A DNA stretch of 64,000 nucleotides. Origin: Basidiobolus meristosporus CBS 931.73. Lineage: Eukaryota > Fungi > Basidiobolomycota. Both the position numbers and the translations under genes were made by a program. Below the pieces are notes generated by a model, which was not told the DNA's origin, did no database searches, and saw only the letters and a program-made list of their open reading frames with translations. Where the stretch lies: NCBI GenBank assembly GCA_002104905.1, contig MCFE01000238.1, positions 1-64,000 on the forward strand. Direction: 5' to 3'. Of this stretch, positions 36,601-47,414 are shown piece by piece (position 1 is the stretch's first letter; each line of letters begins with the position of its first letter).

Positions 36601-37709
36601 GATGCTGATTGGGGACAAAAGTTAGAAGACAGAAGATTCACCACAGGTGACACCTTTTGTTACTGTGAAGGAGCAATTTCATGAAATTCAACAAAGAAAC
36701 CAACTGTAGCACCTTCCACCACAGAGGTAGAGTATGTGGCAGCCTGTGAAGCTACAAAAGAAGCCATATGGTTCAGAAAGTCTTTTACAGATTTAGGTCT
36801 ATGTCAAAAAATGCCTATTACTATATTTTAAGATAATTAAGGATGCATATAATCAGGTAGAAATCCAACATTTCATGCTAGAACTGAGTACATAGATGTT
36901 AGACATTATTTCATACATAAAGCTATAGAGAATAACTTAGCTAGCTTAGTTTACTATCCTTCAGACAAAATGCTTGCAGTCATATTTACCAAACCATTAG
37001 CTAGAAACATGTTCAAATATCTTAGGTCAAATTAGGACTAGTTAGCATGTACATTAAGCCAAGTGGGAATGTTGTAAGAGTTTGGAACTCCACCTAAATA
37101 CTTGCCTAGCTTAGTCACTTAGATCATTACCTTCAAATCCTAGGGAATACTGACCAAATTCCTTGTTGGGATTTACTTAGAATACTTTCACCAAAATATC
37201 AGGAACCCAGAACATCAAAATTCTCAAAGTTGTTCAAACAGCCCCAAACTTTGCACACATGTTCTTGGGACCTTCTTAAACCTATTGTGTGTTTGTAATG
37301 CCAAGACCATGTAAAAGTATAAATATTACTTTTACATGCAATAAATCATTAAGTGCAAACTGTTGTAAAAATTTGGAATTCCACCTAAGTATTCACTTAG
37401 CTTTGTCACTTAGATCATTACCTCCAAATTCTAGAGAATACTGACCATACTCCTTGCTTGGATATACTTGTAATTTCTTCACTAAAATACCAGGTACCCA
37501 GAACATGAGAACTCTTAAAGTTGTCCAAACAGCCCCAAACTTTGCACACATGTTCTTGGGACCTTCCTTAACCTATTCTACGTGTTTGTAATGCCAAGAC
37601 CAGGTAAAAGTATAAATACTACTTTTACATTCAATAAATCATTGAGTGAAAACCACATAATCTACTTGTTCTCCCAATCACTTCCAATATCTCCAAGACT
37701 CTTACAACA
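33690..37709 (+). mobile_element. 5'-truncated degenerate Ty1/Copia (family B) with a nested solo LTR and a doubled 3' LTR
   Basis: CEACIYGKQ, integrase (IRSDNGGE, QQNGVVE), RT (YKARVVANGY, LYGLKQS, LYVDDI), RNase H; PPT aagtgggaa followed by LTRs at 37070-37360 (3'-truncated) and 37361-37709. Confidence 0.9.
35012..35707. repeat. Solo LTR (family C, 696 bp) with 5-bp TSD GATAC
   Basis: TGTTG...CAACA flanked by gatac on both sides; excision restores RT frame ANGYSQTKGLD. Confidence 0.93.
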
Positions 37710-37799
37710 AAAATGGTCATAGAGAGCTGAAGGACTGCAACAATACCATGCAAATATTGTCTTAGCACCAATTAAATATTGTCAAGTTTTATTCCTTTA

Positions 37800-38424
37800 T
37801 TTGGCTGTAAAAGTAGCCAAACACCATCATGATCCCATCATAAGATTGTTAGGAGGGTCACTAATTCCAAGCTGCTGTTATTATGACGGTCTCTGAGCAG
37901 GATCTTAATGGCTGATCTGGATCAGATCCACCCATGGGACCAAATTATTTCTCATGGGGTATTGGTACAATAGTATTATACAGAACTAGCTGTAGGCTGC
38001 TGTACTGCCATAATAATGCCAACAGAGATTTGCAATGAGGCCATCAAAACACCATCAAGTTTCTTGCCATATAAGGCAATTGGATGTATTGGCCAGTTAG
38101 GTCTGCTCAAGTAAATATAGAGTGCATTAAGACTGTTAGAATGTCATGCAATTGTTGTCAAAAGACTGCTCTAACACCATCAAGCTTTTAGCTTTATTTT
38201 GGCAGTAAAATCAGCAAAATGCCATCACAATCCCAATATAAGATCATGTAGAGGGTCAATGATTCCAAGCTTCTGGCATTATTGCACACTCATGGTGGGA
38301 TCCTGATGGCTGATCCCAATTGGATCCACCCATGGGACCAAATTGTTTTTCATGGGGCTTAGTCACAGGATTTAAACTTTGTGATGTCCTTTTGATGGGA
38401 TCAACAAAACTATTTTTCATTGGG
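37800..38424 (+). repeat. Stacked candidate CACTA (CMC) termini: two about 160-bp direct repeats ending catgggg (37959, 38357) and an inverted left-end piece ending cattggg (38424)
   Basis: Reverse complement ccccatgaaaaacaat resembles the left motif ccctatgaaaaattat at 24147; repeated cccat subterminal motifs; no TSD confirmed. Confidence 0.5.
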
Positions 38425-38800
38425 AACCTCAAGAGCTCAAAAGACTGTCACAATGCCTCCAGTGGAGTCCTAGAACATTAATAGGCACATCAAGAGCTTG
38501 CAGTACTTCTTTAAGAGTAGTGCTCAAGAAAATGCACTTGAATGTTGCAAGGATTTATAGCAGATGAGGTACTAGACCCTGCAGTCCTAGCTGAAGACCA
38601 TGATGTATGGGAACCATTGAACAAACTGTGGCATAAAGCCATAGGGTTTCTGCAAAGTCATGGAAAAAGGGCACTACAGTGGAAATACTCATTGAATGGT
38701 GGATTTGAATGAAGTTACTTGTGGAGTATGAGGTTGGACTTTATGTTAGTGTTAGGTATAGGGGCTTGTATAGGCATGTGCAATTTGAAATTTAGTACCA
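38425..38800 (+). pseudogene. Fourth fragment of the CACTA-associated orphan ORF
   Basis: Encodes degenerate DEVLDPAVLAEDHDVWEPLNKLWHKAIG and EILIEWWI, homologous to 1595-1830 and 24480-24880. Confidence 0.7.
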
Positions 38801-38819
38801 ACTGATGATTCAGAGGAAA

Positions 38820-39880
38820 TAAACTGGTTTATATGGTAAGTAAGTGAAGTGATGGCTGTTTGACAGAATTGTCATAATTCTCACATGGGCTGATCATCTC
38901 CTTTTAGAGGCACTGGTTTGATGTGTGTCCTTTCCTTTTGCAGTAGCTGCAAAACAGGTTGCTGTTGCCTTTGAAGAATATAAAGTGCCTTGTGTGTTGG
39001 TTATTATTGCTTATTACAGCATTTTCTTCTTCCTTCTTAGCGGTATTTGATTTTCTTGATTCTTCATCCAGGAGCCTTTGATATAAACACTTTAAGGTCA
39101 AATCTTCAGCTCTGTACTCTAGGGCTTATAAAAGGCCCTGAAGCCTGTCTGTCAGGATATTCAGGCAAATAACTATCACATCTCCATCAGTAGTTGGTGT
39201 ACCCACTGATTACACCTAATCAACCTACAAGGTAGCTCCATTAGTTAGATTTTTCATTTGTTTCCTGGCAACATCTTTGTAGTAGAGAGTTTTCATCAAA
39301 TATACAGCCTCTTAGCAGCTGAGCATGACTGGTAGGTGCCTTCTAATGCCTTCCTGGTGCTCTTTGCCATTCTTGCTCTTGAGTATTGGATTAGCAATTT
39401 TCTTTAACATAAAGGCAAATGCAGTTGAAGGCATTTTATTCTTTCTTCTGGTACTTTAAAGTTTCCTCAACTATGTTTTTAGGAAGGCATTCTTCTCCCA
39501 TATCAATATTCTTAAGGCCTCTTTCCTCTAACAGCATCTTCATCTTCACCTTCCAGACTTGGTAGTTAGTGCCATCCAATATTTCAGCAGAGCCAAATGT
39601 TCCAGTAATAGCAGTAGTAGGCATTGCAGAGAGTGAGAGCTTGGGGCTCATAACCTGTTATAAGAGTCTTGGAGATATTGGAAGCTATTGGGAGAAGAAG
39701 TAGAGCATGGGTCTTTCACTTAATAATTAATTGAATATAATAGTGGTATTATACTTTTACATGATCTTGGCATTATAAACTTGCTGAATATGTGTAGGGA
39801 AGGCCCAAGAGCATGTGTGCAAAGTTTGGGGCTGTTTGGACAACTTAGAATATTTTCACCAAAATATCAGGTATCCAGGA
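38820..39880 (-). mobile_element. Copia family B 5' end: partial LTR (39656-39880), PBS and gag remnant
   Basis: PBS ggttatgagcccc abuts the LTR; gag LDGTNYQVWKVKM and knuckle CSYCKRKGHTSNQC. Confidence 0.85.
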
Positions 39881-41367
39881 CATGTAAATTCTCAGAGTTG
39901 TGGAACAAGCCTGGTTTGTATTTGCACCTGTTAAAAGTAATTGCAAGCTTTTCAGCACTACTGTGTTCTGCTAAAAGAATAGATACATACTGGAATTGGT
40001 GTAAAATTACTTGCAACAATATATTGCTGATGTTCAGTGGACACAAAACCTTATTAAGAAAACTTCATGCAACAGCCCATAACATACCATATTCACGGTA
40101 CACTCGGCACGTTGGACCATATTAGCGTAAGCAGAACTAAAGTCAATCTGGCCCTATACATTTCACACAAGTTTCTTCTAAAGCCACGGAGTAAATACCA
40201 TAAACACGATGCTACAGGTTGGCATAGCCATTTTTAGCATATTGATTGCAAATGCCATTTAAAATAACAGGTTGCATGTACAAAAGCGGTTGGAGCCTAC
40301 GGTTAAACGTTTCAAGAAAACATGTTGGAGGAAGGATTGCATCCGCCTGGAGCCCAATCTATTTGACCTTTTTCTGGGTACAAGAAACCTAGAACGCACT
40401 GATGGAAAGGGGAACACATGCTGTGTGACAACTGTTGATTGGGGTGAGATCGATTAAGTGATTTTGATGCTATTGATAAGCCTATCTATGCGCTCCAGCA
40501 ACATTCCGGATCTCCATACAAGTAAGGCAATTCACTCTACTCCATTGGAACATCAGATGCCAATCTCTAGCCGGAGCTTGTTTAGCGCAAGGAGGAGGTC
40601 CAAGTCGGATGGGTGTGAATATTCCAGCAAACTTGGATAGGCTTGGTGAAACTGAGGAGCAGGTATAATCAAGGAAGCTCATTTGTGATGGAATACAGCC
40701 GCTTTGCGTGATGCTGGGGCTTTTACGCCTTCGTGATCTCCATCAATTATCCAGTCATCGCATTGCCAAACAAGCGCCTAAATTTCGAGTGGACCCGCTG
40801 TGGGGAACACCTGCACCAGTACAGCTCAGGTAAAGCGAATCTGGGCATGAGAGGCTTTTGCTCAAGATGGCGTCTAGCCCGACGCCAAACTTGCCCCTTC
40901 AGTAGGATCAATCGGGCACCAGCCCATTTTCCGCGTATGCGACACCATTCGGACGGAATTTGGTAACTGATAGATAAGTTGCTGATGATCTAAGGGTATC
41001 TGTCAAGTGTTCTAGAGATCTGGATGGATATCTCTAGGAAATTGATACTTCATGCACCCACCATTTCCTCTGATCGCGATGGACGAGAAATTTTCGGAGT
41101 TTAGGCACAGAAGGGTACGGGGTGTAACATCATGCTGTAACCAACAACAACTGGATGTCGCATTTCCTGAGCTCCTCGATTCAAGTGAAACCACAGCCTC
41201 TCGTTAATCCATGCAGTGCAACCATAGATGATCAGAACGATTCGGATTTACCGCTGGAGGCATTAACCACGCAACCATATAAACGAGTGCTTACCACTGT
41301 GGAGACGCCGCTTACTCTCAACTTTTTCCAGTGAATATTCCCTTGATTGAACGGGCCATTCGCTGAT

Positions 41368-42195
41368 ATGGATTTATCTCCGGATATTTCTTGCCTCCCA
41401 GGGGACGAGTGCCTACTCCCCTCGCGCTGGCTCCCGCAAAGTTATTTCTCGATTCCCCTGCTCCGGTCTTCGCTCCAGGATCCAAACATACCACCAACCT
41501 TGATCTACTCTTCATTTGACATGAACGCCCCTCCAGCAGAAAGCCCAAAAATAGACTACAACGTTGAACTCCTATTCGAATGCGGAATAGAGTCTAATAG
41601 CCACACTACCTGCGAACCCTCCCCTAAGATCGCAGATTGGCTCAGCTCTCAGGACGGCTATTACGAACCATATGAACATGTAGCTTTTATTGGTGCTGTC
41701 GACGAAACCAACCATACCGCTGTAGGATTGAATCCACAGACTGCCCTATCCACCCCATTTGCAACGGGAAGTAACCTCCTTACAGAGCCACCAAGCACGC
41801 CCTCCTACTTGGGTGGCTCTACCCTGCACCCTCTGTTTGTGGCTGAGGTTGGAAACTCTCCTTGGCGGCGTGCAAGCAAAAGCTCGGCGTACATATGCCC
41901 ATACCCCAATTGCTCAAAGAGGTTCGTTCGACGCCAAAGCCTTCAGCTTCATCAGATCTGTCATTCCGGTCAGAAACCATATTCCTGTACATACTGCGAG
42001 AAGCAATTCGCGCGAAAGCACGACATGAATCGCCATGCGAGAAAACATACAGGGGAACTGCCCTACCAATGTATATTTTGTGAAAAGGGTTTCGCCAGAC
42101 CCGATGCACGCAAGAGGCATTATCAATTCGAAAAGGGATGTGACAATCTCTCGGAGGCTCCATCGGCCAGGAAGCAAAGAGTCAGTTCTCTGTAG
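41368..42195 (+). CDS. C2H2 zinc-finger transcription factor (3 fingers), about 275 aa, intronless
   Basis: CPYPNCSKRF..RQSL..H...H, CTYCEKQF..KHDM.RH...H, CIFCEKGF.RPDA..RH; Kruppel-like linkers SGQKPY and TGELPY; first ATG at 41368 (the ORF track starts at a TTG). Confidence 0.9.
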   Translation: MDLSPDISCLPGDECLLPSRWLPQSYFSIPLLRSSLQDPNIPPTLIYSSFDMNAPPAESPKIDYNVELLFECGIESNSHTTCEPSPKIADWLSSQDGYYEPYEHVAFIGAVDETNHTAVGLNPQTALSTPFATGSNLLTEPPSTPSYLGGSTLHPLFVAEVGNSPWRRASKSSAYICPYPNCSKRFVRRQSLQLHQICHSGQKPYSCTYCEKQFARKHDMNRHARKHTGELPYQCIFCEKGFARPDARKRHYQFEKGCDNLSEAPSARKQRVSSL

Positions 42196-43137
42196 ATCAT
42201 ACGGAAAGTCGACGTCTTACTGTTCGTAACATCCAGTCTTGTTTTGGCATCAACCCATTAGTATTGCTTATTTATCGTACCCGCACGATTGTACATTGAA
42301 CTGAGTTAGTATTAGATAATAATTTCCCTATTTACATTTAGCAAGTCACATTATGTGGATATCAAAATAAATCCTGTGGTTCAATGGTCAAGTAATATTT
42401 CTCCTCATCGGCGATAATTCGACATCCCACAACTCCTCGCCATGGCAGTGAAATCGAGTATATATCCAATAACCCCACCCCAATTTTCAAACAGAAGACG
42501 ATTGGGAGATTTCTAGCGAGCCTCCGGATCAGGAACGGCCTTGTTGTGTGGGAAGCATTACGAAGCCGAGTTTTTATTATTACCATGTATATCTATATAG
42601 TAACTTGTTTGTTTTCGCGATTGTGAGGATACCGTTAATGGAGACCGTCGCCCGCCGTAACAATCATCACGTGGACAAGTTTTTATGGGCCCAGAAACAT
42701 CGATACAGTTAGTTCGCCTGGTTCCAGATTAGACGATGAAGGTCCCAAAACGGGACTCAGCCGCAATCCTGCCGACTTCAAATCATACGGAGCACAGTGT
42801 ACCATCAAAGCTGTCGGCCATTCGAAGCGAGGGAATCAATCATGAAGCCCGTTGTGGATAGCCGCCCAAAAGCTCCGACTTTACATTTCAAGTAAGACCA
42901 AGTGAAGTGCAAGTAATCACCAGAAACACGCAGGAAAGATTCAAGCAAGATCTGGAACCTCTGAGATGACGAATTTTCTCACCAACTATGACTTCACTGG
43001 CACCTGAGGCATGAAAGACTCGGCGGCAATACATAATCCAGTCAGACCCTCATCACGATCCTATATCCAGCTGGATCGATATACATGCTAATAAACCGGC
43101 TGCATTCGTGTCTTGGCCAAATACCACTGAAACAACG

Positions 43138-43200
43138 ATGGGCATGGGTATGGGTATGGGTATGAGTATGGGTGTGGGGATGGATATGGATATGCACATG
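43138..43200 (+). repeat. Degenerate hexamer microsatellite (ATGGGT/ATGGAT)n
   Basis: atgggcatgggtatgggtatgggtatgagtatgggtgtggggatggatatggatatgcacatg. Confidence 0.85.
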
Positions 43201-43490
43201 AATACTGATACGACTGGAACTCCCATCACGAACGTCATGAATGACTAATCGATTGGTAGTTTGCAGTGCGCGCTCATGCTGGATATATTGAAAAGAACAT
43301 TGTCTGACAACAAAATGTTTTCTCGGGTTAAAGTGAGAAGGACTATGGCCGGATGTATATTCTAAATGTGATGAAAGGCAGTGCAGTAGGACGGGGGTGG
43401 TTTTTACAAAGAGCACAGCATAGGTGACACGATCATATGAATCCTCCTCTCCATGGTCTGGGTGTTCATTCGGGTTTGCTGACCTGTTCA

Positions 43491-45233
43491 CTAGCCTACG
43501 ATCACGAACTCGGCCGCCAGAATGCCACAGGTGACTGCCAATACGAATGGGAGAATCGCGATGTTCCATTTCAAGAAACTGAAATACGTGATGACAACAT
43601 TCTTCCTTCTCAGTATATCACTCCACATCAGCCCAGCAAGACTGCCCAGAATGGTTAGGTTCGCTCCAAGGTTACTCCCAACAATTAGCGCAAATAGACA
43701 GCCCCTTCTGGTCGATTCGTCCACCACAAAATGCGGATCTTGCAGAATTCGAACAAACAATATGGCCATCGGAAGGTTGTTCAGGAGATTGCATGCCAGC
43801 GTCGATATGAAGCCTACGGCAAAGATAGCTGGGACCAAGGAGGGAGTGACGTGCATCATGGCTACCGCAAATCTACCCGTCCAGCCACGAAAGTCAAGGG
43901 CCTCAACCAGAATAAACATGCCAAGGGCGAATGGCGCAATAGCCCAGGGCATACGGGAGAGTGCGCTTTCCAGAGTTGGTGAGAACCTAGCCAATATGTG
44001 ACATGACCTGGGTTTGGAAGACCTTTTGCTTCTTGAAGAATTCGGGACGTTCGAGGTGACACTTTGCCCAGATCCCCCCAATGCCTCTACAGGATGAGAG
44101 GTAGAAGCGATGTTGTTTTCCTCCGGAACTCTTTGGTGGAAGTAGTCGTCTAGCTCGTACTGTTCAAGATTATCCATGCTCAAAGAATATCGAGTGTACT
44201 TCGCATACGAGGCTTCCTTCTCATACCCTAGGATGGGTAGAGATTTTATAGATCTGCTCCTTGGTATTGACACAGCCTCGAAGTCTGGCTTATCTTCCGT
44301 CACAGCATCGTCCACTACAGGCAACCTTTTGCAATACGAATGGGTATCGGCGATCACATCCCGTATCAGCATCAGACAGGCGAACGGCAAGGTAACCTCC
44401 CATACTGGGACTTCCCAGAAGGAGGTAACAATCAGGGTGATTAAACACGCAAACAAGATCACAATCCCTATGATAGCCGCCTTGGGATGGATTAAGGCGG
44501 TTTTTGGAGACACCTCGGGTGCTCTCAAAGTGGCAGGGATATGCTTACGAAATACTATCTGCAGCAGCACAAAGGAAACCACTGAGGCCCCTAGAAACGG
44601 TAGAATCATCCATGCGCTGTACTGGAAGAAGGATATTCCATACGCCTGAGCGACCACAATGTTCGTAGGGTTCCCAATATACAAAGCCATGGAGGCAGTG
44701 TTGGCGGCAATAAATTCCGCCATTAAGAAGGGTTTAGGGTCAACCTCGACGCTCCTTCCGAAATAAACTAAGATCGGGGTGAACGTCAATATCACGACGT
44801 CATTAGAGGTCAAGGCAGCAAGCACCAGAGCTAACAGGTAGAAGTAGAAAAACAACCACCTGCCACTAGTACCGCTTCTTTTTGTTACCCAAAGTGCTAA
44901 GAAAGCGAAAATCCCCGACAGATCCAAAGAGACACATATGTATGCCAAGGCGAAAAGTAAAATCACTATAGAATACGGCTGGATCCCCTCACGACCCAAG
45001 AACCCGTCGACTATTTGCTGCCATCCAATGCAGGTTGTTGCCCAGAGGAACAGAATCCCCAGTATAGGTGCTGCCCCCAAGCCTAAAGTTATGCGACGGG
45101 GTCTGGCTCTGTTCAGAAACGGAATTCTGAAGGAGACAGGGTGGATGACCAAGCCAATGACCAAAAAGAAAACAACTAAGGATAGCCAGGAATGCCAATC
45201 GAGCGGCTTCCAAGTATCCTGCGATTCCGGCAT
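43491..45233 (-). CDS. ArsB/NhaD-superfamily (arsenical-pump/Lsi2-like) membrane transporter, about 580 aa, intronless
   Basis: Many hydrophobic helices; motifs LTSNDVVILTFTP, ANTASMALYIGNPTNIVVA, NNLPMAIL and GSNLGANLTILGSLAGLMW; large central hydrophilic loop; first ATG at 45233. Confidence 0.9.
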   Translation of the reverse strand: MPESQDTWKPLDWHSWLSLVVFFLVIGLVIHPVSFRIPFLNRARPRRITLGLGAAPILGILFLWATTCIGWQQIVDGFLGREGIQPYSIVILLFALAYICVSLDLSGIFAFLALWVTKRSGTSGRWLFFYFYLLALVLAALTSNDVVILTFTPILVYFGRSVEVDPKPFLMAEFIAANTASMALYIGNPTNIVVAQAYGISFFQYSAWMILPFLGASVVSFVLLQIVFRKHIPATLRAPEVSPKTALIHPKAAIIGIVILFACLITLIVTSFWEVPVWEVTLPFACLMLIRDVIADTHSYCKRLPVVDDAVTEDKPDFEAVSIPRSRSIKSLPILGYEKEASYAKYTRYSLSMDNLEQYELDDYFHQRVPEENNIASTSHPVEALGGSGQSVTSNVPNSSRSKRSSKPRSCHILARFSPTLESALSRMPWAIAPFALGMFILVEALDFRGWTGRFAVAMMHVTPSLVPAIFAVGFISTLACNLLNNLPMAILFVRILQDPHFVVDESTRRGCLFALIVGSNLGANLTILGSLAGLMWSDILRRKNVVITYFSFLKWNIAILPFVLAVTCGILAAEFVIVG

Positions 45234-46269
45234 TTTCACTGAGAATAGTTCGGTTTGCCCAAATACTTTACTGTAGTGAACAGCTTCGTTGCGGTATGGT
45301 GGAAATGGTATTTCGCTTAATTCGCAAAAAATTGGGGCTGTTCGTATAAGGATAGGCTGGATTAATATACTTGATTGCGGCCTATTTAGCTCGTCATGTT
45401 TGCCTTATAAATCCTGATGACGATAATAGCGTTTCATATCCGTTGGTAACAGTAGATTCTTCGATTTCAAGACTGCCATTCAATTATAGATCCAATAGTC
45501 CGAACGTGAACAAAGACAAGGTACAGAAGCTGTAGCATGCAATGAGTATTGAACAAAAGCTTGTCCAGAATTTAAGGAACTTATTCCATTTAAGGCATGT
45601 CTTGGGTGATCAAGAGTGAACGGAAAATTCGTAGTATGCAGGTTAATGATATTTTCAAAATTGGCTTCCGATGGACTGAAGGAAAAATTCCATCAAGCTC
45701 ATCAGCTACTCTTAATACCAAATTTGGACAGCGTGTCTTATACGCTTCCGCCAAACATTGCATGGATAGTGCCCATTGCTATAGTTTGGTGGACACCAGT
45801 ACAGCTAGGGAAACTTCATGGAAAACTAAGTGAAGTCATGCATACGCTATGGGGCTAGCTGAACAGGTTTAATCTTATGTTTTGTGCTCCATGAATACGG
45901 TTGCAAGAAATATGCAAACCACCCTAGTAGCTACTGAGAGGATGCATCCAATTCCTCTCAGCTTGTATGTCCATTGGGAAGCAGATGAATGTTTCTTGAG
46001 CGTTTACGAATTAACACGTAACAAATACCAGCTAGTTGTAGCGGATAACACTAGCGATGTACTGTGCACTTTTACAACGATTTGCGTGCCTGTAGTATGC
46101 TTCTCCACCATCTAGCACAATGCTGCAGTTTCCTACCAGCTTGGCACTCATTTCGGATTTGTTCCCATAACTTCGCACTCTTATCGAGGTCTACTGCTTG
46201 CTTAATCTGCTCTCAGTGAATGGAATTATAGTCAAATGTGAAAACAGCCACAGAAAATGTTAGCCATAT

Positions 46270-47000
46270 CACCGTTTGGCATAGATATCGTATGGGACTT
46301 TTGGACCTGGAGCATACCGAATCTGAGGCTCATGAGCTATTTCGTCTTGAATATAATCCAGAACATGCCTCGCATATCGCTTTGCTGAAAACCTTTGGGA
46401 ACGAGGAATAATAGTAGGATATGGGACCCCATAAGGTTTAACAAAGAGATATTGTTCACTTCTACTGCAAGTCACCCATGCTAGACGAACCCCCATGCTC
46501 TGATATCACACAATCCGTGTATAGAGGACGCAGGAACTGCATCCCTCATCTATTATATAGGCCTAGCACCTGGAGAACCCGGTTAGATGTGCCTGCGTGA
46601 GGGACATAGGGACAAGTAATTGTTTGACTATCATCTGGAGAAGTGCGTAGTATTCACAGGTGCGGCATATAGCCCCAAATATCGACACCAAATCTTATGT
46701 AGAGCCAGTGTTAGGCATTGGAGAGGCTAGATATCTAGAGTCTGTGGCATGGCTATGAATCCTTGTGGCCATCCATACCGCGGTGGTCGTGGTAAATCCA
46801 AGAATACGCGTCATTCCGTTTCACCCTCGGGGTAAGCCCGCTAAGATAAGACCCCAGAACGAGGCCCAATAGATAGGTAATCAATCCTCGAGAAAAATGC
46901 TAGGTAGATAATTGTAGTATAATATGGCATGCTCCTCAGAATCGAAAGTATCCCGCACTTGGTAATTGTGATCATCCGCCACAACGTACTGGAGGTCATG
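46270..47000 (-). pseudogene. Possible ancient Gypsy RNase H-end/integrase remnant
   Basis: Across shifting frames: VVAD, WIYHDH..DGHKG, ICRTCE (H2C2-like) and YLFV...YP..IP...SAK..AR..LDYI (integrase-core-like); stops in all frames and no usable splice sites. Confidence 0.4.
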
Positions 47001-47414
47001 TGAATGATGAAGCATACATGTCAATGCTCACCAATTCCGCGACTCCAAGTTACTCAATGGCAATATAATTACGGGGAAGTTGTTTGAGATGGAAAAGAAA
47101 AATCACCCTATCAGGGAAGAGGACAGCACCTCCAAGGCAAGAATTTCCTAATTGACTAGTCGAACTAATGCTTGCCAGCAAAAGCAATCCCTCGATTTAA
47201 ACTTGGTGTGACCGTTTACCATGAATTCCAGATTCTCCGATGAGCCTCGGAATTTTTCGAAGCCCAAATCACCATGTATATATGTACCCAAAGATGGGTG
47301 CAAGAATTTGATTGTGTTTGTGATTTAAGTTAAATCATCTCCCATCCAGTGGCACTACAGTTAACCAGCCCGAAAACCTCCCTCTACGTTGCAATGGTAC
47401 TCCTTGCGCAGAAC

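Noticed and set aside
1-40140. Classical RIP as the cause of transposon decay
   Set aside because: CpA/TpG are plentiful and copy-to-copy differences I could align are CG to TG/CA, not CA to TA.
40140-41340. Short ORFs between the repeat block and the zinc-finger gene
   Set aside because: No motif or consistent frame; treated as intergenic/promoter DNA.
43042-43569. 175-aa His-rich minus-strand ORF as a separate gene
   Set aside because: It overlaps the transporter 3' end, and its His tract derives from a microsatellite; no other support.
43522-45276. Several long plus-strand ORFs (43522-44001, 44176-44649, 44938-45276)
   Set aside because: Antisense shadows of the transporter CDS; the same applies to shadow ORFs over the C2H2, WD40, CCT2 and PRL genes.
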